Assembly (NCBI GenBank): GCA_963662285.2
Contig: CAXXMV010000002.1
Coordinates: 960,001 to 1,024,000, forward strand
Origin: a bacterium
GTDB lineage: Bacteria > Hinthialibacterota > Hinthialibacteria > Hinthialibacterales > Hinthialibacteraceae
Direction: 5' to 3'
DNA: 64,000 nucleotides
Below are positions 29,755 to 39,116 of this stretch, in pieces. Position 1 is the first letter of the stretch; every line of letters starts with the position of its first letter. A program made the translations under genes and the position numbers. The notes under the pieces are model-generated. The model was not told the DNA's origin. It saw only the letters and a program-made list of their open reading frames with translations, and ran no database searches.

Positions 29755-31569
29755 ATGAACCAAAAAGAGATATATCAACTCATACGTGAAGCTAAGGAAT
29801 ATGGTTTCTCCGACCGTCAGTTAGCTGAGATGTGGGGATCGGATGAACTTTCGGTCCGCAAATTGCGCCTTAGTCTGGATATTAAACCGGTTTATAAAAC
29901 GGTTGATACCTGCGCAGCTGAATTCGAAGCTTATACTCCCTATCATTATTCCACTTATGAGACGGAAGACGAAATCCGGGAATGCGACAAAGAGAAGATA
30001 ATTATTCTCGGCGGAGGCCCTAACCGCATTGGACAGGGCATCGAATTCGATTATTGCTGCGTCCATGCCGTCTTAGCATTGCAAGAGATGGGATTTGAAA
30101 CCATTATGGTCAATTCTAATCCCGAAACAGTATCTACCGACTATGACACCGCCGACCGTCTCTACTTCGAACCCCTGACGTTTGAAGATGTTATGAATAT
30201 CATCGAAGCCGAAAAGCCTATAGGCGTCATCGTGCAATTCGGCGGCCAGACTCCCTTGAAACTGGCTGTTCCCTTGGAACAGGCGGGAGTAAATATCCTC
30301 GGCACAAGTCCGGACAGCATCGATCTGGCTGAAGACCGTGAGCGGTTCGGCGCTTTAATCGAAAAACTTAAAATTAAACAACCTCCCAATGGTATGGCGA
30401 CTTCCTTCGAGGAAGCTAAGGAAATCGCCAAGCGTTTAACTTATCCGGTTCTGGTGCGTCCCTCCTATGTTCTTGGCGGGCGGGCTATGGAAATCGTATA
30501 TGACGAAGATAATCTTTCCCGTTATATGAAATTGGCGGTTGATGCATCGCCTGAACGTCCCATTTTGGTCGATAAATACCTTGATGGAGCGATTGAAGTC
30601 GATGTCGACGCTGTATCGGACGTCACAGACGTCCGAATCGGCGGCATTATGGAACATATTGAATTTGCTGGAGTTCATTCGGGTGATAGCGCTTGCGTCA
30701 TCCCTCCTAGGACTTTACAGCAGTCCACCATTGATCTGATCTGTCTGCAAACCAAAGCCCTGGCCAAAGCTCTGAATGTCAAAGGCTTAATGAATATTCA
30801 ATACGCTGTGACCCGCAAGGATGGCGTGGAGGAAGTCTACGTGCTGGAAGTGAATCCCCGTGCATCACGGACTATCCCTTTCGTCAGCAAGGCTACAGGC
30901 GTTCCGTTAGCAAAGATAGCTGCCAAAGTTATGGCTGGTAAACCACTGGCATCCTTTGGATTACCTGAACTACCTTCGATTGACCATATTGCGGTTAAAG
31001 AAGCCGTATTACCATTCGTTAAGTTCCCTGGAGTTGATACCCTGCTGGGACCGGAAATGCGCTCTACCGGCGAAGTAATGGGCATTGATGTTAATTTTGG
31101 CCGCGCCTATGCAAAATCTCAGGCTGGCGCTGGCATGCAACTGCCAATACCGCATCCCCAAGGTAAAAAACGCTGCGTAATCATCAGTATCAATGATCGT
31201 GATAAATCGGAAATCATCGAGTCGGCCAAGAAACTAGAGACAATGGGTTTTGATATTATTGCTACCGGCGGGACTCATGCTTTTCTAAGCGAGCAAGGCG
31301 TGACATGTCAGAAAGTTTATAAGGTTCAGGAAAGTCGACCTAATCTCGTCGATTTCATGAAAAATGGAAATACTCTCCTGGTAATTAATTCTCCGTTAGG
31401 TATGGAATCAACTTTTGACGAAATAGCGCTGAGAAGATGCGCTCTTGAGATGAATATTCCTTATGTCACTACGGTTTCGGCCGCTCAGGCCGCTGTCTTG
31501 GGTATTGAGTCTAACTTTACAAGGGATATAGAGGTAAAGGCGCTGCAAAGTTATTTCCCGAATAAGTAG
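29755..31569 (+). CDS. carB: Carbamoyl-phosphate synthase large subunit, C-terminal section
   Basis: AKEYGFSD..YKTVDTCAAEF, GPNRIGQGIEFDY, second ATP-grasp domain, MGS-like domain (ATGGT). Confidence 0.95.
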   Translation: MNQKEIYQLIREAKEYGFSDRQLAEMWGSDELSVRKLRLSLDIKPVYKTVDTCAAEFEAYTPYHYSTYETEDEIRECDKEKIIILGGGPNRIGQGIEFDYCCVHAVLALQEMGFETIMVNSNPETVSTDYDTADRLYFEPLTFEDVMNIIEAEKPIGVIVQFGGQTPLKLAVPLEQAGVNILGTSPDSIDLAEDRERFGALIEKLKIKQPPNGMATSFEEAKEIAKRLTYPVLVRPSYVLGGRAMEIVYDEDNLSRYMKLAVDASPERPILVDKYLDGAIEVDVDAVSDVTDVRIGGIMEHIEFAGVHSGDSACVIPPRTLQQSTIDLICLQTKALAKALNVKGLMNIQYAVTRKDGVEEVYVLEVNPRASRTIPFVSKATGVPLAKIAAKVMAGKPLASFGLPELPSIDHIAVKEAVLPFVKFPGVDTLLGPEMRSTGEVMGIDVNFGRAYAKSQAGAGMQLPIPHPQGKKRCVIISINDRDKSEIIESAKKLETMGFDIIATGGTHAFLSEQGVTCQKVYKVQESRPNLVDFMKNGNTLLVINSPLGMESTFDEIALRRCALEMNIPYVTTVSAAQAAVLGIESNFTRDIEVKALQSYFPNK

Positions 31570-31595
31570 TACAGTTATTACAGGCATATTGGAGG

Positions 31596-32411
31596 ATGTT
31601 GATGTCTAAAAAAATTGCTTTTATCGGCGGGGGAAACATGGCGGAAGCAGTTCTCGCTGGTTTGGTGCGCAACCAGACGGTCAGCCCCGGCGATATTCTT
31701 GTTACAGAAAAAAATCCTGAGCGCCGGGCTTTCCTGGAAAAAACATATCAAATTGATACTACTGATGATAACGCACAAGCCGCCCGGCAATCAAAAACAA
31801 TTTTTTTAGCGGTTAAACCCTACATTCTCGATGAAATCAAAGATGAAATTAAAGACCATTTGAGCGAAGATCATGTGGTTATTTCTATATTGGCGGGCAT
31901 CTCGCGCGAACGCCTGGGTAAAGCTCTTGGACGCGTTCAACGCATGGTGCGGGTAATGCCCAATCTTCCCGCCCAAGTTGGTATGGGCGTCAGCGCCATC
32001 ACTTTTCCTGAATCTTTTCCAACTCCTGACCGGGATTGGGTTCGTTCAATACTCCAATCCACTGGCAGGGTAGTCGAGGTTGAAGAGCCTTTACAGGATG
32101 CCGTTACTGCTGTTTCCGGCAGTGGACCGGGCTATCTTTTTTATTTAGCTGATTTATTTATCCAGGCTGGCGTCCAACAAGGTCTTTCTGAGCCTGTCGC
32201 CAAAAGTTTAGTTGTCGAAACAATGGCTGGCGCAGCTGAAGTTCTACGCCGTAGCAATGATTCTCCAACTGAATTAGTTAAAAAAGTTGCTACTCCTGGC
32301 GGAACGACTGAAGCCGGTCTTTCAGTATTAAAAGAGAACGATTTAAGTGGTATAATGCAATCGATGGTTAATCGAGCTGCTGCTCGATCAAGGGAACTTA
32401 ATCAAGCTTAA
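31596..32411 (+). CDS. proC: Pyrroline-5-carboxylate reductase
   Basis: FIGGGNMA, LAVKP, RVMPN, SGSGPGY, TPGGTT. Confidence 0.97.
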   Translation: MLMSKKIAFIGGGNMAEAVLAGLVRNQTVSPGDILVTEKNPERRAFLEKTYQIDTTDDNAQAARQSKTIFLAVKPYILDEIKDEIKDHLSEDHVVISILAGISRERLGKALGRVQRMVRVMPNLPAQVGMGVSAITFPESFPTPDRDWVRSILQSTGRVVEVEEPLQDAVTAVSGSGPGYLFYLADLFIQAGVQQGLSEPVAKSLVVETMAGAAEVLRRSNDSPTELVKKVATPGGTTEAGLSVLKENDLSGIMQSMVNRAAARSRELNQA

Positions 32412-32497
32412 TCAGAAGCGCTTCAGCCCTCTCGCCACAGAGAGGAAAACCGACTAAGATATTAGCATAGAAAACTGGTCGTAAATTGTTGCGCAAG

Positions 32498-32526
32498 TTG
32501 ACACTGGCGGGGACTCATGATACCTT
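32498..32526 (+). promoter_or_regulatory. Sigma70-type promoter upstream of the GM-repeat gene
   Basis: TTGACA-17nt-TACCTT with extended TG. Confidence 0.55.
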
Positions 32527-32586
32527 CCCGCTGGGACAGTTAATCGGAAAAAATCAGGGGATATTCTCCTTAATGCGAGGTTTATT

Positions 32587-33477
32587 ATGAAGGGAATAAT
32601 TAAATCGCTGACACTGCTTACAAGTGTATGCGCCCTTTTTGTTTTTGCTCCAATTGATTCCAGCGCCCAATACGGTCCCGGCGGCGGCATGGGCGGTATG
32701 GGTATGGGCGGTATGGGTATGGGCGGCATGGGTATGGGCGGCATGGGCATGGGCGGCATGGGTATGGGCGGCTTTGGTGGTATGGACGGCGGCCCGGCTG
32801 CAGCTGTTACTGTCAAATATGGTGAGAAGGTATACGATGCTGTTTTCGGCGATCTGGTCGAAGCGCGTATCTTTTTTATCCAGGTTCCTACCGATACTAT
32901 CGGTGTGCATTATTTCGATGACGGAACGCATGGCGATGAAGTGCCTTTTGATGGAATGCCCAGCCTTATTATCGAAAATAAAGATACTTATCTCGGACCA
33001 TTCGCAATTAAATATAAAAAACTATTAAAAAAAGCTCTCATTGCAGCTCAGGATATGGGCGCCATTGAGTTTTATAATTTGAGCGTAGCCACAAGAAATC
33101 CAGAATCGAAAGTAACCAAACTTGGCGAATGGGAATCGGCTATGTCTGAGTTTCTGGATGATCGCATCACTTCGCGTATATCTCAATTTGAAGGATATGA
33201 TGATCTTACCTATGTAAAATCCATTGATCCATCATTATTTGAGTCTATGGAAGGTATGGGCGGTATGTCTGGCGGCGGCATGGGGCCTGGCGGAATGCTA
33301 CCTGGTCTTCCTACTCCTCCAGGATTGCCTGATATAGGTGCACTGCAATTCGGCGAAACTAATAATGAAGAAGCAGCAGCTGGAAATGAAAACAGCGGAA
33401 ACTTCGCTATAGATCGGGCTAGTAGTCTGACCGGCGGCAATTTGCAGGCTACTGAAGCCATGAATGCATTGAATTAA
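32587..33477 (+). CDS. Exported hypothetical protein with (GMGGM)n repeats and a DDGxxGD..DG (choice-of-anchor X-like) motif
   Basis: GAGG RBS; Sec signal (SSA|Q); YFDDGTHGDEVPFDG; second GM tract near the C-terminus. Confidence 0.75.
   Translation: MKGIIKSLTLLTSVCALFVFAPIDSSAQYGPGGGMGGMGMGGMGMGGMGMGGMGMGGMGMGGFGGMDGGPAAAVTVKYGEKVYDAVFGDLVEARIFFIQVPTDTIGVHYFDDGTHGDEVPFDGMPSLIIENKDTYLGPFAIKYKKLLKKALIAAQDMGAIEFYNLSVATRNPESKVTKLGEWESAMSEFLDDRITSRISQFEGYDDLTYVKSIDPSLFESMEGMGGMSGGGMGPGGMLPGLPTPPGLPDIGALQFGETNNEEAAAGNENSGNFAIDRASSLTGGNLQATEAMNALN
32686..32775 (+). repeat. Coding tandem repeat, 6 x 15 bp (GGYATGGGCGGYATG)
   Basis: Encodes (GMGGM)5 GMGGF with synonymous C/T variation. Confidence 0.95.
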
Positions 33478-33716
33478 TATGCATTGTGAAATTAACAATG
33501 CTTTTTTTCTCGTAAATAATTTGCTTTTTATTGTTTAAATTGACCCTTAGGTCATAAGAGTAGAATTACCGTGGTTTTAATCCTATCGTGATAACCTTTG
33601 ATGGATTCCGGGATCATTAATATTGTTGCCTGCGTCCTTTATTTGTTTGTAAGGCTAGAGCGAAGCGGATAATTAGTATAAATATATGTACAATAGAATT
33701 TGTGACGGTTAAACAT

Positions 33717-34115
33717 ATGTCTACCTGGAATCAAAAAGAAAAAGAAGAAATTGAATATCGTATAAAAGTTATCAAGCAGTTTCTTGAACTCTGGGAACGA
33801 TACGATGCTATGTTTCAGCATGTATATCGGGAACAGGATGCAACCAATGAAGAAGAAGAAGAATTCTTCAAGATTAAATCCCAGTTGGCCAGACGTCATC
33901 AATATCTGCTGGAGTATCTAGAGGATGAATACATTAAACCTGAAGTTATTACATCGTATTTATCTGATACCTTAACTTTGCGTAATATGATAGGAATTCA
34001 TTTTGACTTCTATAAAAAACTGCGTATGCAATGGCATGCAACATTCCTTCATTTGAATGAGGCCCTTGGGTATCTCATGACTCATATGGAATTGGAAATG
34101 CCGTTGGATAGTTGA
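33717..34115 (+). CDS. Hypothetical helical protein, paralog of 37920-38315
   Basis: Intact ORF sharing the pattern F..LW...F...T.EE..EF.K...RR.Q.L...T..LR...WH...N...G.L; start could be 33702. Confidence 0.75.
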   Translation: MSTWNQKEKEEIEYRIKVIKQFLELWERYDAMFQHVYREQDATNEEEEEFFKIKSQLARRHQYLLEYLEDEYIKPEVITSYLSDTLTLRNMIGIHFDFYKKLRMQWHATFLHLNEALGYLMTHMELEMPLDS

Positions 34116-34184
34116 TTGAAAAGTTCTTTATTTTTAATGGGATGTTATTAAAAAAGTATTGAACTCAAACAAGGAGATGTTTGA

Positions 34185-37100
34185 ATGAACACGCGGAAAT
34201 TAATTTGGTTAAGATTTTTTTGCATAGTATTTATTCCCCTTATGTTAACTGTTGGCTGCGCTAAACGAGACGCTCAAAAGGCATTAACCTCGGCGCAAGC
34301 GGTAAAAGATAGCGCCTCGGCGGCGAAAGCGCCCGGTTATGCTCCAAAATCTTTTGCCGATGCCAATCGCTTGTTCACTCAGGCTGAGCAGCAGTTTAAC
34401 TCTGGTAACTATAAAGAGGCCATTGATTTCTATCAGCAAGCTGAAGTTGGCTTCCATAATTCCATTACGCGCGCTGAAGAGGTTAAACCCGTAATTGAAG
34501 CTCTTATTGCAAAAATTGATGATGCAATCGCAAAAGCTTCTGATAATATGGAAAAAGCTCGCAGTGGGAACGGCGTTCCTGCTGAAGAACTTTCTGCCGC
34601 TCAAGCCTTGGTTGATGGAATTAATGAGCGCATGGAAACAGACTATCGTAGTGAGGTCGATGAAGAAAAACTCAATGCTTTTCTTGCTGAAGTCGATCAA
34701 ACCATTCTGCGTACTGAAGCTTTAGCCCTGGCTCATCTCAAACCTCAAGCCAATACCGCTAAATCTGACATTCAAACTCTTATTACCCGAATCCAGGAAT
34801 TGAAAGCTGATGTTCATGCTCCTGAACAATATTCTCAAGTCATGACTCAATTCAGCCAGATTGAATCCGCTGAAAGCGATGGTCAATGGCAAAAAGTCAT
34901 TGATTTGGCCGCTGCAATGAATCCACTATTGGACAGCGTTATCCAATCCTGTCAGGAAAAAGCTGCTGGCGATATCCTTATTCAAACAGGTCAAATGATT
35001 GCTCAGGCCAAACAACTTAATGTACAAGGCCTTGAGTCATTCACCGCAGCAGTACAACGCGCTGATGATACCTTGAAAACCGGACAAACCGCATTACAGG
35101 GTAAAGACTATGCAGGCGCGATCAATGCGGCCGATGGCGCAAAACTCTCTCTCCAGGAAGCTTATCAAGCTATTGGAGCCCAGTCGCAACAAAGCATCGC
35201 GACCGCGAAAACAAACCTCGAAAATGCAATAGCTCAAGAAGCCGAAAAATACGCCGCATCGGTCGTTGCTCAAGTTAGACAATCTATTACTAGTGCTGAA
35301 GAACTGCTTCAGGCGCAAAAATTCGCTCAGGCTTTTATCGCTTCACAGCAAGCCTTACAGGTTAGCGGCAAAGCTGTTGATGCCGCTCGCCAAGGCAAAG
35401 CGCAACTCGCATTAAATACTGTTGAAAAGCCTTTCTCTATTCTTCATGGTCAGGGCGGCGCCAAATACGCTCCTGAAGCTTATAAAAATGTTCTGTCCAC
35501 CATTGAGAAGCTGCGCAGTATGATGAAAAAAGGTGAATTTGAGACTGTTGTTGCCGAATCACCCCAAGCTGCTCAGGCTGTAACGGCCGCTTTGGACGTC
35601 TTATCCCAATCCACCGCTAAAATTGCCGCACAAGCCGATGCCGCCTTGAAATCAGCAGAAATTGCCGGCGCTAAACAATGGGTGGGCGTTCAGTTCGCTA
35701 ATGCTTCAAACCTTAAATCTGCTGCTGATAAAGATCTTGCCGCTAAACGATTTCTTTCCAGTATTCGTAATTCCGAGTCTGCCATAAAATCCGCTAATGA
35801 CTCTGAAGGTAAAGCTTATAAACTTCAAACTGAACAGAATCTGCGCAAAGTCGATGATTTCCTCGCACTAGCTAAACGCGCTGAACAAGATAGATTGAGT
35901 CCACTGGCTTATCGAAAAGCAATTCAATCTAAAGAAGAAACCAATAATTTACTGGATCACGATCAATTCAAGAATGCTTTCCAAAATTCCAAAGAAACCT
36001 TAGCCAAGGCGGATCGCGCATTTAACAATTTGGTTGTTACCGCACAAGAAAAATCCAATTCCGCTCTCGAAGCGCAGGCTATGGATTATTCAGCAGAGGA
36101 AATTAAACAAGCCTTGGCCTGTCTTACCAAAGCTGAAATTGCCCAAAAAGCATCGAATTTCACATCCGCCAATGAGTTATCTATTGAATCAGCCTTACTT
36201 TCCGATAAAGCTGAAAACTTTACCTGGCAACAACGTAGTTATCGTTTGCTTCGCGACCTTGAAGGAGTTAAGGAAAAACTTGACATTAACCTGGCGCCAG
36301 AAAAAACTCCTGTTCTTTATGCAACGGTTTTGTCTTCTCTGGCTGAAGCAAGAGTAAAACAAATCGATAAAGATTATGCCGCCTCTTATCAATTCGCGGA
36401 TAAAGCGGATGCCGCCCAAAATGAAATTTGGAGCAGTATGCAGCAGGAATTGAATCAAACTCTTAGTGAATTAAAGCAGACCTGCGCCTGGATTGGCGAA
36501 AATGCCATGAATTCACAGGGGCGGGATATTAAAATTAAACTGATAGATTCTATTCCAGCTTTAGAGCAGGCCATCGCTCTCAAGGATTGGAGATCTGCAT
36601 ACGCTGAGGCTGAAAAATGTCAGAAAACCGCTGGCGTTATGACTGCCAGGTTAGAGTCGCTTAATCGTTCAGTTATGGCCAAAGATCTGCAAGGTTCACT
36701 TAGACCTTTCAGAAAAAATGTTGCTCTAGCTGTTATCCCTGATCAGAAAGATCAATTCGACGCAACATTAAGTTCTTTGAAAAAACCTGCTGAAGGCGAA
36801 ACTTATGCTGATGTATTAGGAAAATATAATAAAGCATCGGCAGAAATTGAGAACCTGCCAAAGACTATTTCTGAAAAAGCCACTTTCCGCACAGAAGAGA
36901 TAGTAACTATTATGCAGCAGGCCGAAGAAGCTGGCGCCGCCAAATTTTTTAAAGAGTGGTATCGTGATCTTACTTCAGATATTCAAATGCTGCGCAATGC
37001 AATTCGCGGAGAGAATATCGCTGATATTTCCAAATATACTCGTAGATTAGATCGTGAAGCGCCGGAACTCTTAGCTGCTTGTCAACTGGCTACCCTTGAA

Positions 37101-37628
37101 GATGAATTTTACAAGGAAATTGAAGATGATTTGAATCAGATGAATAACGTATTTCAAGAATTTGGCTTCCTTGGACGAATTCCTAAAACTTTGTTGATGG
37201 CGAGTCGTATGACAGAATATCAGATGGATGAAACATCGATTAATATGTATAAATCCATGCAAGGGAATATGTCGGTCAAAACTTTCCGCATTAATGCTGA
37301 GTTATTAGAAGATACGGTCAAAGACTTGACGCCGCCTAAGACTGTTGAGCGGGTGCACCGTAATGCAGTTAAATCATTTACCCTATTCAGAAAAGCGGCT
37401 GAGGCTTTTGAACTCTTTGGCGACACTGATGCGCATGATATTTATTATCGCGAAAAAACCTTAGTCAAAGGTTATGATAATTTGAAAGAAGCTCTCAAGA
37501 TTAATGAAAAAGTCATGTTCGATATTAAAGAAGCCCGCAAATTAAGAGGAATGGATAAGTTCCTGGTTGGCATCGAGCAAATTGGCGATAAATTTGGAGC
37601 ATTCTTCCTGGGATTGGACAACGAGTAA
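34185..37628 (+). CDS. Large Ala/Gln/Lys-rich helical-repeat lipoprotein (DUF4398-like repeats)
   Basis: AGGAG RBS; lipobox LTVGC; recurring A..(Y/H)AP..(Y/F)..A units at roughly 70-75 aa spacing. Confidence 0.8.
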   Translation: MNTRKLIWLRFFCIVFIPLMLTVGCAKRDAQKALTSAQAVKDSASAAKAPGYAPKSFADANRLFTQAEQQFNSGNYKEAIDFYQQAEVGFHNSITRAEEVKPVIEALIAKIDDAIAKASDNMEKARSGNGVPAEELSAAQALVDGINERMETDYRSEVDEEKLNAFLAEVDQTILRTEALALAHLKPQANTAKSDIQTLITRIQELKADVHAPEQYSQVMTQFSQIESAESDGQWQKVIDLAAAMNPLLDSVIQSCQEKAAGDILIQTGQMIAQAKQLNVQGLESFTAAVQRADDTLKTGQTALQGKDYAGAINAADGAKLSLQEAYQAIGAQSQQSIATAKTNLENAIAQEAEKYAASVVAQVRQSITSAEELLQAQKFAQAFIASQQALQVSGKAVDAARQGKAQLALNTVEKPFSILHGQGGAKYAPEAYKNVLSTIEKLRSMMKKGEFETVVAESPQAAQAVTAALDVLSQSTAKIAAQADAALKSAEIAGAKQWVGVQFANASNLKSAADKDLAAKRFLSSIRNSESAIKSANDSEGKAYKLQTEQNLRKVDDFLALAKRAEQDRLSPLAYRKAIQSKEETNNLLDHDQFKNAFQNSKETLAKADRAFNNLVVTAQEKSNSALEAQAMDYSAEEIKQALACLTKAEIAQKASNFTSANELSIESALLSDKAENFTWQQRSYRLLRDLEGVKEKLDINLAPEKTPVLYATVLSSLAEARVKQIDKDYAASYQFADKADAAQNEIWSSMQQELNQTLSELKQTCAWIGENAMNSQGRDIKIKLIDSIPALEQAIALKDWRSAYAEAEKCQKTAGVMTARLESLNRSVMAKDLQGSLRPFRKNVALAVIPDQKDQFDATLSSLKKPAEGETYADVLGKYNKASAEIENLPKTISEKATFRTEEIVTIMQQAEEAGAAKFFKEWYRDLTSDIQMLRNAIRGENIADISKYTRRLDREAPELLAACQLATLEDEFYKEIEDDLNQMNNVFQEFGFLGRIPKTLLMASRMTEYQMDETSINMYKSMQGNMSVKTFRINAELLEDTVKDLTPPKTVERVHRNAVKSFTLFRKAAEAFELFGDTDAHDIYYREKTLVKGYDNLKEALKINEKVMFDIKEARKLRGMDKFLVGIEQIGDKFGAFFLGLDNE

Positions 37629-37919
37629 TACCCAGGCTTAATATTTCTTGATAATATAGACATGTTTTGATAATCTAAGAGTTTTAGACCCAATGGTCAG
37701 TTTTGAGTGTGAAAGATATGACATTCATCGAATATATTGAAATCGGTTGCTTAGTTTCGGTTATTGCGTTTACCTTATATGTTGTTGTGACTCTTGGTTG
37801 GTTCAAAAAAGGGTAAGGTTACCGTTTCACTTAGTTATACTCGAATTTGGCGTTTTTTCAAATTATGCAAAATTCGAGTATAATATTTTGTATTGAGTTT
37901 GAGAAATAAGGCGGTTTTT

Positions 37920-38315
37920 ATGGTTACTGACATTCCGGCAGAAGTTTTAATGCAAAGAATGCAAGAGTTCGAAAAACTCTGGCGAAAATTTATGGCTGAT
38001 TTCGACGCAGCGTTGGCATCAGAAAAACCTACTTTGGAAGAAGACGCTGAATTTCGTAAATTGCAGGTTGATATCACACGTCGCGCGCAATTCCTTAAAA
38101 TAGCTGTACCTGACGGTATATTTGATTTGTGGAAAGACATAAAAAAAGTTATCGCAGAGACTCCCTCTCTTCGAATTCTAAAAAGAGAAGCTCCTATCCG
38201 AATCTCTTCTTTTAGAAGCTTATGGCATGATGTCTCTATAGCTATGAATCAGAAACAGGGTCATTTGCGTAACGTTCTTGAAGAAAGAGAAACGAAAAAA
38301 ACCAAACGGAAATAA
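37920..38315 (+). CDS. Hypothetical helical protein, paralog of 33717-34115
   Basis: Same shared pattern as the paralog; followed by a terminator. Confidence 0.75.
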   Translation: MVTDIPAEVLMQRMQEFEKLWRKFMADFDAALASEKPTLEEDAEFRKLQVDITRRAQFLKIAVPDGIFDLWKDIKKVIAETPSLRILKREAPIRISSFRSLWHDVSIAMNQKQGHLRNVLEERETKKTKRK

Positions 38316-38352
38316 CTGTTATTATAATTTTCTGAACTTATATATAAATACT

Positions 38353-38397
38353 AAAAAGCATTACATCAGGTATTTTTGACCTAATGTAATGCTTTTT
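38353..38397. terminator. Bidirectional terminator
   Basis: AAAAAGCATTACATCAGGT...ACCTAATGTAATGCTTTTT. Confidence 0.8.
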
Positions 38398-38469
38398 TAT
38401 TTAATCCATCAATAGATTTTGTTATCAAGAAAACTTATTTATGCCTAATATGCATGTAAAAAAATAAAT

Positions 38470-38814
38470 TTATTTACCCTCTTCAGTGGATTTTCCAGGC
38501 GTCTCAAGATCAATATATTCATCGAGATGACATTTCTGGAACAAACTGTATAATCCTTCATTGAGAATAACATGGAAACGCCCTCGTTTTTTATCTATAT
38601 CCGCTTTGGTTTTTACTACTACTCCTATACCAAAACTATCAATATATTGAATTTCTAAAAAATCCAAAGTTATATTTTGGGCGCCTTCATTCAATGCTTT
38701 ATCAATACGATTTTGAAGGCTTTGGGCGTTTGTGATGATTAAATCGCCAATAGCTTTAATAACATGGATGTCTTCTTCTCTAATTTCCTTTATTTGTAAA
38801 TCCTCTTGCTGCAT
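38470..38814 (-). CDS. STAS-domain anti-sigma-factor antagonist
   Basis: GDL...LDFLEIQYIDSFGIG (phosphorylatable Ser motif). Confidence 0.88.
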   Translation of the reverse strand: MQQEDLQIKEIREEDIHVIKAIGDLIITNAQSLQNRIDKALNEGAQNITLDFLEIQYIDSFGIGVVVKTKADIDKKRGRFHVILNEGLYSLFQKCHLDEYIDLETPGKSTEEGK

Positions 38815-38906
38815 AATAAAGCCTTTCTAAAACTATTTTGGATTTTCAAAGAAAAATCGATTATAGCGATTATCAAAATTATGTTTATTTATTATCACTT
38901 TTAGTC

Positions 38907-38940
38907 TTCGAAAAAGCCTATCTTTTTTGGCTTTTTCGAA
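38907..38940. other. Perfect 12-bp inverted repeat (terminator or operator) upstream of the STAS gene
   Basis: TTCGAAAAAGCC-10nt-GGCTTTTTCGAA. Confidence 0.5.
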
Positions 38941-39116
38941 TCGCCAATCTAAACATTATTATGAAAACTACTCTAAATATATTATTAAAATAAAATCATG
39001 TCAAAAATAGGATATGGTAATAATTTTACTATTATCAGCAAAAATATGCATTTTTGTCCAGGGATAGCGCTATTTTTTTGTTTATTTTAAGGATTTTTTT
39101 CGTTGGTTTAGAATAA

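Noticed and set aside
29648-29757. TAG readthrough, programmed frameshift or intron rejoining carB
   Set aside because: Readthrough hits TAA seven codons later; the second ORF is in another frame with an in-frame TAA at 29737; the gap is too short and unstructured for a self-splicing intron.
32454-33028. ORFs with PPIPM, AHTHA or WAAWV repeats
   Set aside because: They are antisense or alternate-frame shadows of the GMGGM repeat; only the 32587 frame has an RBS, promoter and signal peptide.
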